Below, piece after piece: positions 8,656-18,105 of a DNA stretch of 64,000 nucleotides. Numbering within the stretch: position 1 is the first letter of the stretch; each line of letters begins with the position of its first letter. The position numbers and the translations under genes are program-made. The stretch is from the NCBI GenBank assembly GCA_964588925.1, contig CAZPTI010000001.1:26933-90932 (forward strand), written 5' to 3'. Under the pieces are notes generated by a model, which saw only the letters and a list, made by a program, of their open reading frames with translations, did not search any database and had not been told where the DNA came from. Origin of the DNA: an uncultured Anaerolineales bacterium. GTDB taxonomy: Bacteria; Chloroflexota; Anaerolineae; CG2-30-64-16.

Positions 8656-9234
8656 CCACAGGAAGCGCCACGGCCGAGCGCGCGCCTCGTCATCCCCACG
8701 CACGCCAATGCGCGGCGTGACATGCACCGATTCCTCTCCCACCTGCGCATCTTCCTCAATGAAAAGCGCTTCGCCGCTGACTAAACTCGCGCCGTTTTCC
8801 GCCAGTGTGATGCCTAACGCCTGACATAGCTTGCCCGGACCGTCGGTCACGCCGCGCGTGTCCGTCTCGGACGGCGGCAGGCCGCGGCGACGGCGCATCA
8901 CAGTAAGGTTCTCGTCGGGGATCAGCGCGCGAATCAGCACCGCGCCGGGAATGCCGGCGGGGGCAGTGATGACATTGAGGCAGTGGTGCGTTCCGTAGAT
9001 AAAGTAGACGTAGGCGAAGCCGGGCGCGCCGAACATGATCTCGCTGCGCGCGGTGCGGCGATAGGCGTGGGAGGAGGGATCATCCGGGCCACCGTAGGCC
9101 TCGGTTTCGCAGATGCGACCGCTCAACCGAAGGCCATCGACGAGGCGCACGAGGCGCTGCCCCAGCAGGGCGCGCGCGACTATAACCGTGTCTCGTTCGT
9201 AGAACTCACGGGACAGTCGCGCGGCCTGCGGCAT
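8638..9234 (-). CDS. mpg: DNA-3-methyladenine glycosylase (Mpg/AAG family)
   Basis: FYERDTVIVARALLGQRLV, ICETEAYGGPDDPSSHAY and PGFAYVYFIYGTHHCLNV match the family. The start is 8 nt after the lexA stop. The 3' end overlaps murJ convergently by 18 nt. Confidence 0.85.
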   Translation of the reverse strand: MPQAARLSREFYERDTVIVARALLGQRLVRLVDGLRLSGRICETEAYGGPDDPSSHAYRRTARSEIMFGAPGFAYVYFIYGTHHCLNVITAPAGIPGAVLIRALIPDENLTVMRRRRGLPPSETDTRGVTDGPGKLCQALGITLAENGASLVSGEALFIEEDAQVGEESVHVTPRIGVRGDDEARARPWRFLWLAPLR

Positions 9235-9242
9235 GGCTTCGG

Positions 9243-9896
9243 CTACGCCAACTGGCGGACGACCGCGACGACCTTGCCCTGGATCTCAAGTTGATCTGCA
9301 TCAACGTAGATCGGGTCGTACTTCGGGTTCGCCGGCTGGAGCCGCACGCGCTCGCCTTCGGGATAGTAGTACTTGAGCGTCGTCTCTTCCTTATCGAGGA
9401 TGCGAGCGACGACCATATCCCTCGGCTGCGCGGTTGTCTGGTGCTTGATGACGACCCAGTCGCCATCGTTGACCAGCGCGTCGATCATCGAGTCGCCTGT
9501 GACCTGAAGCGCATAGACGTCCCGCGGGTCGCGCACCATGTCGACCGTGAGCGTGAGCATCTCGCCTGCGTACGGGTCTTCCTCTTCGCCAAAGGTCGGC
9601 GTCAACGCGCCCGCGTGGATGACTCCCAGCTTGCGGATGTTGACGACGCCCACGCCGTTGGCGTGCCCGCTCGAGCCGAACGACGGACCGTCCTTGAGCT
9701 TGAGGCCGCGCGAGACCTCGCCGCTGCGCTGGATGAAGCCTTTCTCCTGCAAGCGTTCGAGGTTGTACTTGACGACCGAGGTCGACGGGATGCCAACCGC
9801 CTTACCGATCTCGCGGATGGTAGGCGGATAGCTGTGTTCTTCGAGGTACGCGCGGATGAACTCCAGCATGCGCACCTGGCGATCAGATAGATTCAT
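9243..9896 (-). CDS. lexA: LexA repressor (S24 peptidase)
   Basis: N-terminal wHTH (PPTIREIGKAVGIPSTSVVKYNLERLQEKGFI), an Ala-Gly cleavage site (HAGAL), Ser (TGDSM) and the Lys region (VVARIL...TTLKYY). Confidence 0.95.
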   Translation of the reverse strand: MNLSDRQVRMLEFIRAYLEEHSYPPTIREIGKAVGIPSTSVVKYNLERLQEKGFIQRSGEVSRGLKLKDGPSFGSSGHANGVGVVNIRKLGVIHAGALTPTFGEEEDPYAGEMLTLTVDMVRDPRDVYALQVTGDSMIDALVNDGDWVVIKHQTTAQPRDMVVARILDKEETTLKYYYPEGERVRLQPANPKYDPIYVDADQLEIQGKVVAVVRQLA

Positions 9897-9938
9897 TGAA
9901 GGCTCCTGGATTCTCCGGCGAAAGTATGTTCTGAGAGT

Positions 9939-9967
9939 ATTATACGGAACGGCTGTTCTTTTGTCAA
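9939..9967 (-). promoter_or_regulatory. lexA promoter: TTGACA, 17-nt spacer, TATAAT, with the SOS box inside the spacer
   Basis: The minus strand reads TTGACA (9967-9962) AAAGAACAGCCGTTCCG TATAAT (9944-9939), about 43 nt upstream of the lexA ATG. Confidence 0.8.
9947..9958. promoter_or_regulatory. LexA operator (SOS box) GAAC-N4-GTTC
   Basis: Perfect palindrome GAACGGCTGTTC of the Gram-positive/Chloroflexi CGAACnnnnGTTCG type, in the lexA/moxR divergent intergenic region. Confidence 0.8.
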
Positions 9968-10015
9968 GTGGGTATTTTGCATGTTAGACTAAATTGATTA
10001 GCAGGAGCGGATGAG

Positions 10016-10960
10016 ATGGACGAAATACGGGCGTTTGCGGAAGCTGTGACCGGCAACGTCGAGAAAGTGATCATCGGGCAGCGGGACGCGATCGAGCTGA
10101 TCCTGACCGCGCTGCTGTGCGAAGGGCATGTGTTGATCGAGGACGTGCCGGGGGTGGGCAAGACGATGCTCGCGCGCGCGATAGCGGCATCACTCGGCGT
10201 GACGTTCCGGCGGCTCCAGTGCACGCCCGACCTGTTGCCCGGCGATGTCACGGGCGTGTCGGTGTTCAATCAGCAGAAGGGCGCGTTTGAATTCGTCCCC
10301 GGCCCGGTGTTTTCCAACCTGCTCCTGGCCGATGAAGTGAACCGCGCGACGCCGCGCACGCAGTCCGCGCTGCTTGAGTGCATGGGCGAGCGGCAGGTGA
10401 CAGTCGACGGGCTAACCCGGCCCTTGCCGCAACCATTCATCGTCTTCGCGACGCAGAACCCGATCGAATACGAGGGCACCTTTCCGTTGCCAGAAGCGCA
10501 ACTTGATCGCTTCCTTATCAAGATACGGCTTGGCTATCTTGACGCAACTGCGGAGGGGCAAATGCTGCTCAACCTCCAACGGCAACACCCTATCGCGGAG
10601 CTCGAACCAGTCTTCGACGGCGCGCGGTTGCCCGAACTGAGCCGTCGTGTGTGGGACGTCCACGTCGACGAGACAGTGCGTGATTACATCGTGAGGCTCG
10701 TCCAGTCCACGCGCAGCCACCCGGACCTTCTGCTTGGAGCGAGCCCGCGCGGTTCACTGGCGCTTTTCAAGACGAGCCAGGCATGGGCCGCGCTGCATGG
10801 CCGGGACTACGTGCTGCCTGACGACGTGAAGCGGCTTGCGCCCCTCACCCTCGCGCACCGCTGCCTGACGCATCCCGAAAGCGCGCTGCGCGGCCGCACT
10901 GCGGAAGGAATTGTCGCGGAACTGCTCGGCCAGATCAAGCTCGACCTGGAGAAGGCGTAA
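10016..10960 (+). CDS. MoxR-family AAA+ ATPase
   Basis: [14 protein letters not shown] Walker [10 protein letters not shown] Walker [23 protein letters not shown]. Confidence 0.9.
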   Translation: MDEIRAFAEAVTGNVEKVIIGQRDAIELILTALLCEGHVLIEDVPGVGKTMLARAIAASLGVTFRRLQCTPDLLPGDVTGVSVFNQQKGAFEFVPGPVFSNLLLADEVNRATPRTQSALLECMGERQVTVDGLTRPLPQPFIVFATQNPIEYEGTFPLPEAQLDRFLIKIRLGYLDATAEGQMLLNLQRQHPIAELEPVFDGARLPELSRRVWDVHVDETVRDYIVRLVQSTRSHPDLLLGASPRGSLALFKTSQAWAALHGRDYVLPDDVKRLAPLTLAHRCLTHPESALRGRTAEGIVAELLGQIKLDLEKA

Positions 10961-11664
10961 TGCTCACGTTCGTCGCAACGCCCATCGGCAATCTCGGCGA
11001 CATCACTTTGCGCGGCCTGGAAGCGCTAAAGGCGGCGGATGTGATCGCGTCTGAGGACACGCGCAAGACGGGCATCCTGCTTAAGCATTACGGCATCTCC
11101 AAACCGCAGATCACGTTTGAGGAACACAACGAGGACCGCGCCGGCGCGCGGATCATGGAGCTGCTGGCTGAAGGGAAAAACGTTGCGGTGGTGAGCGAGG
11201 CGGGCACGCCGGGGATTTCCGACCCCGGTTACACCCTCGTGCGACGCGCGATCGAGGTCGGGGAAGAGGTCACAATGGCGCCAGGGCCGGCCGCGGTCAT
11301 CATGGCCGTGGTGCTCTCCGGCCTGCCGGTCCACAGCTTCACGTACCGCGGCTTCCCGCCGCATAAGGGCGGCCCGCGACGGCGCTTCCTCCAGGTTGAC
11401 GCGCAGTCGCCGCATACGCTGGTTTTCTACGAAAGCCCCTACCGCGTCGAGGCATTCCTGCGCGACGCTCTTGAAGTGTACGGCGACCGGCCGGCCGCGG
11501 TCACGCGCGAGCTGACCAAGCTGCACGAAACCATCGAGCGCGGGACGCTGTCCGAGCTGCTGGCGCGCGTGGAGAAGGGCAAGACGCGCGGCGAGTATGT
11601 CATCGTCATTGGCGGCGCGGGCCGCGGTTCTGCCAGCGCGGAGGAGCCGGAAGAGGAGGAATAG
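10960..11664 (+). CDS. rsmI: 16S rRNA (cytidine1402-2'-O)-methyltransferase RsmI
   Basis: [45 protein letters not shown] and [13 protein letters not shown] are tetrapyrrole-methylase-fold RsmI signatures. The start overlaps the moxR stop by 1 nt (TAATG). Confidence 0.9.
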   Translation: MLTFVATPIGNLGDITLRGLEALKAADVIASEDTRKTGILLKHYGISKPQITFEEHNEDRAGARIMELLAEGKNVAVVSEAGTPGISDPGYTLVRRAIEVGEEVTMAPGPAAVIMAVVLSGLPVHSFTYRGFPPHKGGPRRRFLQVDAQSPHTLVFYESPYRVEAFLRDALEVYGDRPAAVTRELTKLHETIERGTLSELLARVEKGKTRGEYVIVIGGAGRGSASAEEPEEEE

Positions 11665-12878
11665 TGTACGAACTGCCCATCGTGCTCTTGATCCTCCTGG
11701 CGATTGCCATCCTGCTGCGGATGGACATCATCTTCTACCTCGTCTACGTGGTGGCCGGAAGTTACGGCCTGGCGCGCTGGTGGGCCGCGAAAAGCCTTAA
11801 GTCCCTCAGAGTAGAGCGCCGCTTCACCGACCACATCTTCAGCGGCGAGAATTCCACCGTTACCATTCGCCTGATAAACCAGAGCGTCTTACCCGCGCCG
11901 TGGATGCGGTACGACGAATCGGCCGCACCGCAACTGACGGGCGCAAAGGGGCTGACTCGCGCGGTCGCGCTAGGACCGCGCGAGGCGGTCGAGATGCAGT
12001 ATGAGTTGGTGGGCCGGCAACGCGGGGTGTACCCGGTGGGGCCGGGGCGGATCGCGACGGGCGACCTGTTTGGCTTCGTCGACCTCCACGGCGCGGCGGA
12101 TGAACCGCGACAGCTCGTGGTCTACCCGCGCGTCATTCCGCTGGCGCGGCCGGCGCTGACCTCGCATGCGCCGCACGGCCGGATGCTCAGCCGCGAGCCG
12201 ATCTACGCGGACCCCGCGCGCGTGAACGGCGTGAGGGAGTACACGCGCGGGGACCCGCTGCGCCTGATTGACTGGCGCACGAGCGCGCACACCGCGCAGT
12301 TACAGGTCAAGAAGAACGAACCGGCAGTGTCGCTTGCCAGCGCGATCTTCCTCGACCTGCGGACAGCGGCATACTCGCGGCATCTGCTCTACAACGCAAC
12401 TGAGTGGGCAGTCGTCCTCGCGGCGTCCGTGGCAACCTACTTAATCGAAGAGCGGCAGGAGGTCGGGCTGGGGAGCAACGGACGCGACATAGTGACCGGG
12501 GTCGCGCCGTGGATGATCAAGCCCAGGCAGGGCCGGGCGCACCTGATGAAGCTGCTGGAGTGGCTAGCGCGCGTCGAAGCGGCGGAGACGGAGACGCTTG
12601 CCGCATGGTTGCCCCGCGCGGCAACCGGGCTGACGTGGGGCGCGACAGTGGTGGCGGTTGCCCCCACGGGAGACGAGGAGACGTGCGCCTCTCTTCACCG
12701 ACTGCGCCGCGCGGGGTTGAATCCGGTGCTGCTGGCGGTCGAACCGCACGCGCATTTCGGACTGGTACGCGAACGGTGCCGGCGGCTCGGCATTACCGCG
12801 CACCTGGTGACGGACGAAGCCGACCTGCGCCGGTGGCAGGCAGCCGGTGTTCCGCTGCGCGGGAGGGGGGCGCCATGA
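11664..12878 (+). CDS. DUF58 (vWA-like) domain protein
   Basis: REYTRGDPLRLIDWRTSAHTAQLQVKKNE is the DUF58 core motif, with two N-terminal TM helices. The GTG start overlaps the rsmI TAG by 1 nt. Confidence 0.85.
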   Translation: MYELPIVLLILLAIAILLRMDIIFYLVYVVAGSYGLARWWAAKSLKSLRVERRFTDHIFSGENSTVTIRLINQSVLPAPWMRYDESAAPQLTGAKGLTRAVALGPREAVEMQYELVGRQRGVYPVGPGRIATGDLFGFVDLHGAADEPRQLVVYPRVIPLARPALTSHAPHGRMLSREPIYADPARVNGVREYTRGDPLRLIDWRTSAHTAQLQVKKNEPAVSLASAIFLDLRTAAYSRHLLYNATEWAVVLAASVATYLIEERQEVGLGSNGRDIVTGVAPWMIKPRQGRAHLMKLLEWLARVEAAETETLAAWLPRAATGLTWGATVVAVAPTGDEETCASLHRLRRAGLNPVLLAVEPHAHFGLVRERCRRLGITAHLVTDEADLRRWQAAGVPLRGRGAP

Positions 12879-14530
12879 TCCGGCGCTTTGCAGGCGGTCG
12901 CGTCTTTACGAATTACCACGACGAGGCGTGGCACGTCAGCCTGTTTCGCATCGCGCTCATTGCGCTGATGGCTGGCAGCTTCGCGGCCGGGCCGGTGGTG
13001 CTGCGATATGCGCTCGGTCTCAACTGGGCCGGTTACCTGCTGCCGATGGCCGCGCTCTACGGCGCGGTCGGCGCGCTGACCACCGGCTTGTTGGGGCGCC
13101 CCTCATGGCGGGACCGGCGAGACCTGGGCTTTCGCCTGGGCGAGGTCGTGATCATGCTCATCCTGGCGCGGCTTGCCGTATGGGTCTTTTCCGAGGGGCT
13201 GCCCGGCATCGCAACCGTTCGCGGCTGGGTGCTGGCGCCGGAGAGCTTCTTCAGCGGCGAGTTCCTCTTCGCAACAGTGACGCTCCTTCTCAGCTGGAGC
13301 CTGGCCGTCGCAGCGGCGGCCGATTTTCGCGATCTGGCAATCCAGGCGGATGAGGTGGCCGCGCGGGAGAGCCGCGAATGGGGCGACAGCAAAAGCCAGT
13401 GGCGCGCCGGAAACCCGCGCTCCCGCATAGACATCCTGCAGGGGTTCGCGGTGCGTTGGATCGGGCTTGGCGCGGCGCTGGTTGTGTGCGCGGGGTTGAC
13501 CCGGGTCGAAGTTTCGGCGAGTGTAGCCGGCGTGGTGCGCGTCGGGTTGCGGGGGCTAGGCCTGCGCGCGGAAGTGGTCTTCGCGCTCGTGGTTTACTTC
13601 CTGTCCGGCCTGATCCTAATGAGCCACGGACGGCTGGCCGTGTTGCGCGGGCGGTGGTACAACCAGGAGGTCGACATCGCGCCGTCGCTGATGAGCCGGT
13701 GGCACACGACGAGCCTGCTCTTTATTGCTTTGGTTGCGCTGGTCGCGCTGCTGCTGCCGCTCGGCACGACTGGATGGCTCACGGACGCGTTGCAGTGGGT
13801 GCTTGCGCTGATTGCGCGCATTGCGATGGCGGTGGTCTTCCTCCTTTCCCTGCTCATAGGCCTGCTTGCCCGGCTTCTGAGCGGCTTGCTCGGCGAAAGT
13901 CGGCCGCTGCCGGAGGATGCGCTGCCGCCGACCCCAGAACCCCTCCCGTCACAGGCGGAAGTGGCCGACATGATGCCGCCCTGGCTCGGCGGAGCCGTGC
14001 TGTGGATCATCGTCGGAGTCATTACCATCTCTCTGCTGCTCAACTTCGCGCAGACGAGCGGGTTGCTCGAAGGGCGGCTGGGCGAGCAACTGATGCGGTT
14101 GCGGTTGTGGTGGCGCGCGCGACAGGCGCATCTTGCGCAGTCGATGAGCAGCCGTCTTAAGCGCATACGCGCGCCCTTCCGGCGTCTTCGGCCCCCGGCG
14201 CTCCGGCCGGGTCTCACAGCGCGCGGACGCAGCGAGCCAAAGTTCCCGCGCGAGCAGGTGCGGCGTTACTATCTTGCCGCCGTGGAAGAAGCCGCTGAAG
14301 AAGGCGCGCCCCGGCAGGCAAGCCAGACGCCATCGGAGTTTGCGAATGATCTGGCGGCGAACTGGCCGGAGTCGGACCAGGACATCGAGAGCCTGACAGA
14401 AGCGTTTCTCGATGCGCGATACTCCGCGCGCGAGATTGATGAGGAGGATGCGACGGCTGCGCGAGGTGCATGGCGTCGGCTGGCTGAAGCATTCCGGCGA
14501 CCGAAGCCGGATTCGAAAGGTCCTCGTTAA
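12875..14530 (+). CDS. Multi-pass membrane protein with a C-terminal DUF4129 domain
   Basis: ATG 12875 overlaps the DUF58 stop (ATGA). The ORF-track N-terminus (12404-12874) is an Arg/Gly-rich shadow of DUF58. The C-terminus TPSEFANDLAANWPESDQDIESLTEAFLDARYSAREID fits DUF4129. Confidence 0.75.
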   Translation: MIRRFAGGRVFTNYHDEAWHVSLFRIALIALMAGSFAAGPVVLRYALGLNWAGYLLPMAALYGAVGALTTGLLGRPSWRDRRDLGFRLGEVVIMLILARLAVWVFSEGLPGIATVRGWVLAPESFFSGEFLFATVTLLLSWSLAVAAAADFRDLAIQADEVAARESREWGDSKSQWRAGNPRSRIDILQGFAVRWIGLGAALVVCAGLTRVEVSASVAGVVRVGLRGLGLRAEVVFALVVYFLSGLILMSHGRLAVLRGRWYNQEVDIAPSLMSRWHTTSLLFIALVALVALLLPLGTTGWLTDALQWVLALIARIAMAVVFLLSLLIGLLARLLSGLLGESRPLPEDALPPTPEPLPSQAEVADMMPPWLGGAVLWIIVGVITISLLLNFAQTSGLLEGRLGEQLMRLRLWWRARQAHLAQSMSSRLKRIRAPFRRLRPPALRPGLTARGRSEPKFPREQVRRYYLAAVEEAAEEGAPRQASQTPSEFANDLAANWPESDQDIESLTEAFLDARYSAREIDEEDATAARGAWRRLAEAFRRPKPDSKGPR

Positions 14531-14556
14531 GGACTTGCCGTCATTATGCGCATTTT

Positions 14557-14585
14557 TTGACACATGCGGAGGGTTCGGCTATACT
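14557..14585 (+). promoter_or_regulatory. Consensus sigma-70 promoter (TTGACA, 17 nt, TATACT) upstream of rpsU
   Basis: TTGACA at 14557-14562, a 17-nt spacer, and TATACT at 14580-14585. This implies a ~200-nt leader before rpsU. Confidence 0.7.
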
Positions 14586-14794
14586 GCATCCGGCCCAAAA
14601 TCCCACACGTGTCCCTGGCAGGAGCGCGGATGGCCTGAACGAAGGAAACGCGACAAGCGACTGGTTGACTGTTGGTTGACCGGCGAAACGCTGTGACGGT
14701 TTCGACAGGCGAGCGAGGGCCTCACCGTAAGGTGAGGTTTCGTTGTTAAGGCGACTGGTGTTGGAAGCGCTTGGCAGGGAAGGAGGTGAGTTGT

Positions 14795-15007
14795 ATGGCA
14801 ACCGTGACATTGCGAGCGGGCGAGTCCCAGGAATCGCTGTTGAAGCGCTTCCGCAAGGAAGTGATGAAGGAGCGCATCCTGCCGACGGTTCGTAAGAAGC
14901 GCTGGTTCACGCCGCCGAGCGAATTGCGGCGGTTGAAGAAGCAGAAGGCGATTCGCAAGGCCCGGCAGGCGCAGCGTCGCCGCGAGGGTCGCGAGAGCAT
15001 GCGCTAA
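14795..15007 (+). CDS. rpsU: 30S ribosomal protein bS21
   Basis: MATVTLRAGESQESLLKRFRKEVMKERILPTVRKKRWFTPPSELRRLKKQKAIRKARQ. ATG 14795 is preceded by GGAAGGAGGTGA. Confidence 0.9.
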   Translation: MATVTLRAGESQESLLKRFRKEVMKERILPTVRKKRWFTPPSELRRLKKQKAIRKARQAQRRREGRESMR

Positions 15008-15094
15008 TCTCGGCGCACCTCTGGCAAGCGCGATTGGGTCACGGGGACGGCAGGCAGCCGTATCCCGTGACCTTAGCAAAAGGGTGAAAAAGGC

Positions 15095-15334
15095 ATGACG
15101 AAACAAGAGGAGAAGCTGACCCTCGATGGCAAGGTGGTGGAGGCGCTGCCGAACACCACGTTCCGGGTGAAGCTCGAAAACGGACCGGAAGTCCTGGCGT
15201 ACCTGTCGGGCAAGATGCGGAAATATTATATCCGCGTGCTGCTGGGGGACCGGGTGCGCGTCGAGTTGTCGCCTTACGATTTGACAAAGGGTCGGATCGT
15301 GTACCGCCATCGGAACCCAACGGGCCCGGTGTAA
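15095..15334 (+). CDS. infA: Translation initiation factor IF-1
   Basis: [62 protein letters not shown], an S1-like OB fold. Confidence 0.95.
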   Translation: MTKQEEKLTLDGKVVEALPNTTFRVKLENGPEVLAYLSGKMRKYYIRVLLGDRVRVELSPYDLTKGRIVYRHRNPTGPV

Positions 15335-15428
15335 GGAGTCAGCCATCCCGCGCGCCGAGGATCATGCGGATGCGGCGCGTCTGCTACACGTCCTTATGAT
15401 AAAAACCGCGTCAGGCATTGACATGACG

Positions 15429-15437
15429 TGCTATAAT
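15429..15437 (+). promoter_or_regulatory. Extended -10 promoter element TGCTATAAT
   Basis: TGCTATAAT lies 25 nt upstream of a strong terminator hairpin and 105 nt upstream of the methyltransferase start. Confidence 0.45.
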
Positions 15438-15462
15438 TATGGCGCAGAAGCGCAAGTCCTTA

Positions 15463-15495
15463 TGGGCGGTGGGTTAGCCACCGCCCATTTTTGTT
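15463..15495 (+). terminator. Rho-independent terminator
   Basis: 10-bp stem UGGGCGGUGG/CCACCGCCCA with loop GUUAG, followed by UUUUUGUU. Confidence 0.85.
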
Positions 15496-15541
15496 AATAT
15501 GGACGGGTTGGTAAGCCTCTATCAGGCGGCTGCTGTTTCAC

Positions 15542-16474
15542 GTGAAACAGTCTCCATATGAAAATCCACAGGAGCGGCAGGACGACTTGGAGCGAGATCA
15601 CGCCATTTGCGACTATGAGGGCACGAGCTATCGGGCCCGTTTCTGGGAAGGCACAGGCCGCGAGTACGAAGACCTTGCCGAGCGCATCGCATTACGCCAC
15701 CTTCTGCCTCCAAAGGGCCGGCGCATCGTCGAGCTGGGCGCCAGCTTTGGAAGATTGGCGGACCTCTATCAGGGCTACGAGCAGATTATACTGCTGGACT
15801 ACGCCAAGTCCGGCCTGCGTGAGGCGCAGGCGCAGCTCGGCCGGTCTGACAAATACATTTACGTTGCGGCCGACATCTACCACCTGCCGCTTGCGCCGGG
15901 CGCGTGCGACACCGCTGTAACCGTGCGCGTTCTGCATCATCTAAATGACGTGCCGGCCGCGCTGCGCGGCATTGCGGAGTTGCTCGAACCGAACGGCGCA
16001 TACGTGTTGGAGTACGCCAACAAGCGCAATATCAAGGCCGTGGCGCGCTATGCGCTGCGCCGCCAAAACTGGTCCCCCTACGATCCCAGGCCCTACGAGT
16101 TCGCAGAACTGAACTTTGATTTCCACCCTGACTGGATGGCCGCGGAACTCAAAGCCGCCGGTTTCCGTATAGAGGCGGGCAGGGCCGTGTCGCACTTCAG
16201 GCAGAACCTGTTCAAGCGCCTTCTGCCAGCGAAGACGTTGGCGAGCATTGACGGCGCCATTCAAGCGCCAAGCGCGGCGTGGAAACTGGCGCCGAGCGTC
16301 TTTCTCAAGACGACGCGTGCGGGAAGCGGGCCTGTTCAAACGGGCAGCCCGTTCTGCTGCCCCGGTTGCCGGTCGGTGGAACTGGTTATGGAAGGCGAGA
16401 CGTTAAGGTGTCAGACCTGCCGCGCGATCTGGGCGATCGACGACGGCATTTACGATTTTAAGAACCCGGTTTAA
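15542..16474 (+). CDS. Class I SAM-dependent methyltransferase with a C-terminal Trm112-like zinc ribbon
   Basis: Motif I IVELGASFGRL, acidic LLDYA, motif post-II VTVRVLHHL. The C-terminus is CCPGCRSVELVMEGETLRCQTCRAIWAIDDGIYDF (CxxC...CxxC). GTG start. Confidence 0.75.
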   Translation: MKQSPYENPQERQDDLERDHAICDYEGTSYRARFWEGTGREYEDLAERIALRHLLPPKGRRIVELGASFGRLADLYQGYEQIILLDYAKSGLREAQAQLGRSDKYIYVAADIYHLPLAPGACDTAVTVRVLHHLNDVPAALRGIAELLEPNGAYVLEYANKRNIKAVARYALRRQNWSPYDPRPYEFAELNFDFHPDWMAAELKAAGFRIEAGRAVSHFRQNLFKRLLPAKTLASIDGAIQAPSAAWKLAPSVFLKTTRAGSGPVQTGSPFCCPGCRSVELVMEGETLRCQTCRAIWAIDDGIYDFKNPV

Positions 16475-16713
16475 CAGGGAACCGGTCGCTAGACAGAATG
16501 TAACGTTGGACTGGTAACATAGCCCACGTTAAAGAAATAACGCCTACGGGTAAAATGCAGCAACTTGCGCAATAAGGCGCGGATGCGTGTCGCATTCCGT
16601 TGCCGCGGCAAGCGTTGAAGCCATTGTCCCCGTGGTCCGAAAGGCGAATGCGGCTGGCGCAGTCCACATCGAGCGCCAAAGACCGGCCCAGCCGACCGTG
16701 AAGGAGTGTGCCG

Positions 16714-17934
<1,221 letters not shown>

Positions 17935-17953
17935 TCCGTTAGGAACCGAGCTC

Positions 17954-17993
17954 AAACCTCCGAGGTTGCAATGGCCTCGGAGGTTTTTGTTTG
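17954..17993 (+). terminator. Rho-independent terminator of rpoD
   Basis: 12-bp stem AAACCUCCGAGG/CCUCGGAGGUUU with a 9-nt loop, followed by a UUGUUU tract. Confidence 0.85.
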
Positions 17994-18005
17994 CCCTGTC
18001 CCTAT

Positions 18006-18036
18006 TTGACAATAGACGCTTTGTCGGGAGTATAAT
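18006..18036 (+). promoter_or_regulatory. Candidate promoter (TTGACA, 19 nt, TATAAT) for the LTD exoprotein gene
   Basis: TTGACA at 18006-18011 and TATAAT at 18031-18036. The spacer is 19 nt, longer than optimal. Confidence 0.5.
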
Positions 18037-18105
18037 CTCCGCTCGGAAGCTTCTTTCTTCCACCCATCGCGCCATCGTTGCCTAACGAAAGGGTGGAGCC
18101 TCATC

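Noticed and set aside
12404-12874. N-terminal 157 aa of the 708-aa ORF (12404-14530). Similar N-terminal extensions occur for 31798-32103, 58707-58799, 7040-7117 and 3166-3255.
   Set aside because: The extensions overlap upstream genes in another frame, are Arg/Gly-rich and lack an SD. Internal ATGs with ATGA/TGATG coupling or good SD spacing give the expected protein N-termini.
14586-14794. The rpsU leader as SRP (4.5S) RNA or 6S RNA
   Set aside because: There is no GGAA/AGCA helix-8 motif arrangement typical of SRP RNA. There is also no long end-to-end pairing with a central bubble typical of 6S RNA. The repeated segments are direct, not complementary.
15151-15163. GAACACCACGTTC as a second LexA box
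   Set aside because: The spacing is N5, not N4, and it lies inside the infA coding sequence.
15335-15541. Expected rpmJ (ribosomal protein L36) downstream of infA
   Set aside because: Translating all three plus-strand frames gave only 10-12-aa peptides and nothing like MKVRASVK...CxxC. The region holds a promoter-like element and a terminator instead.
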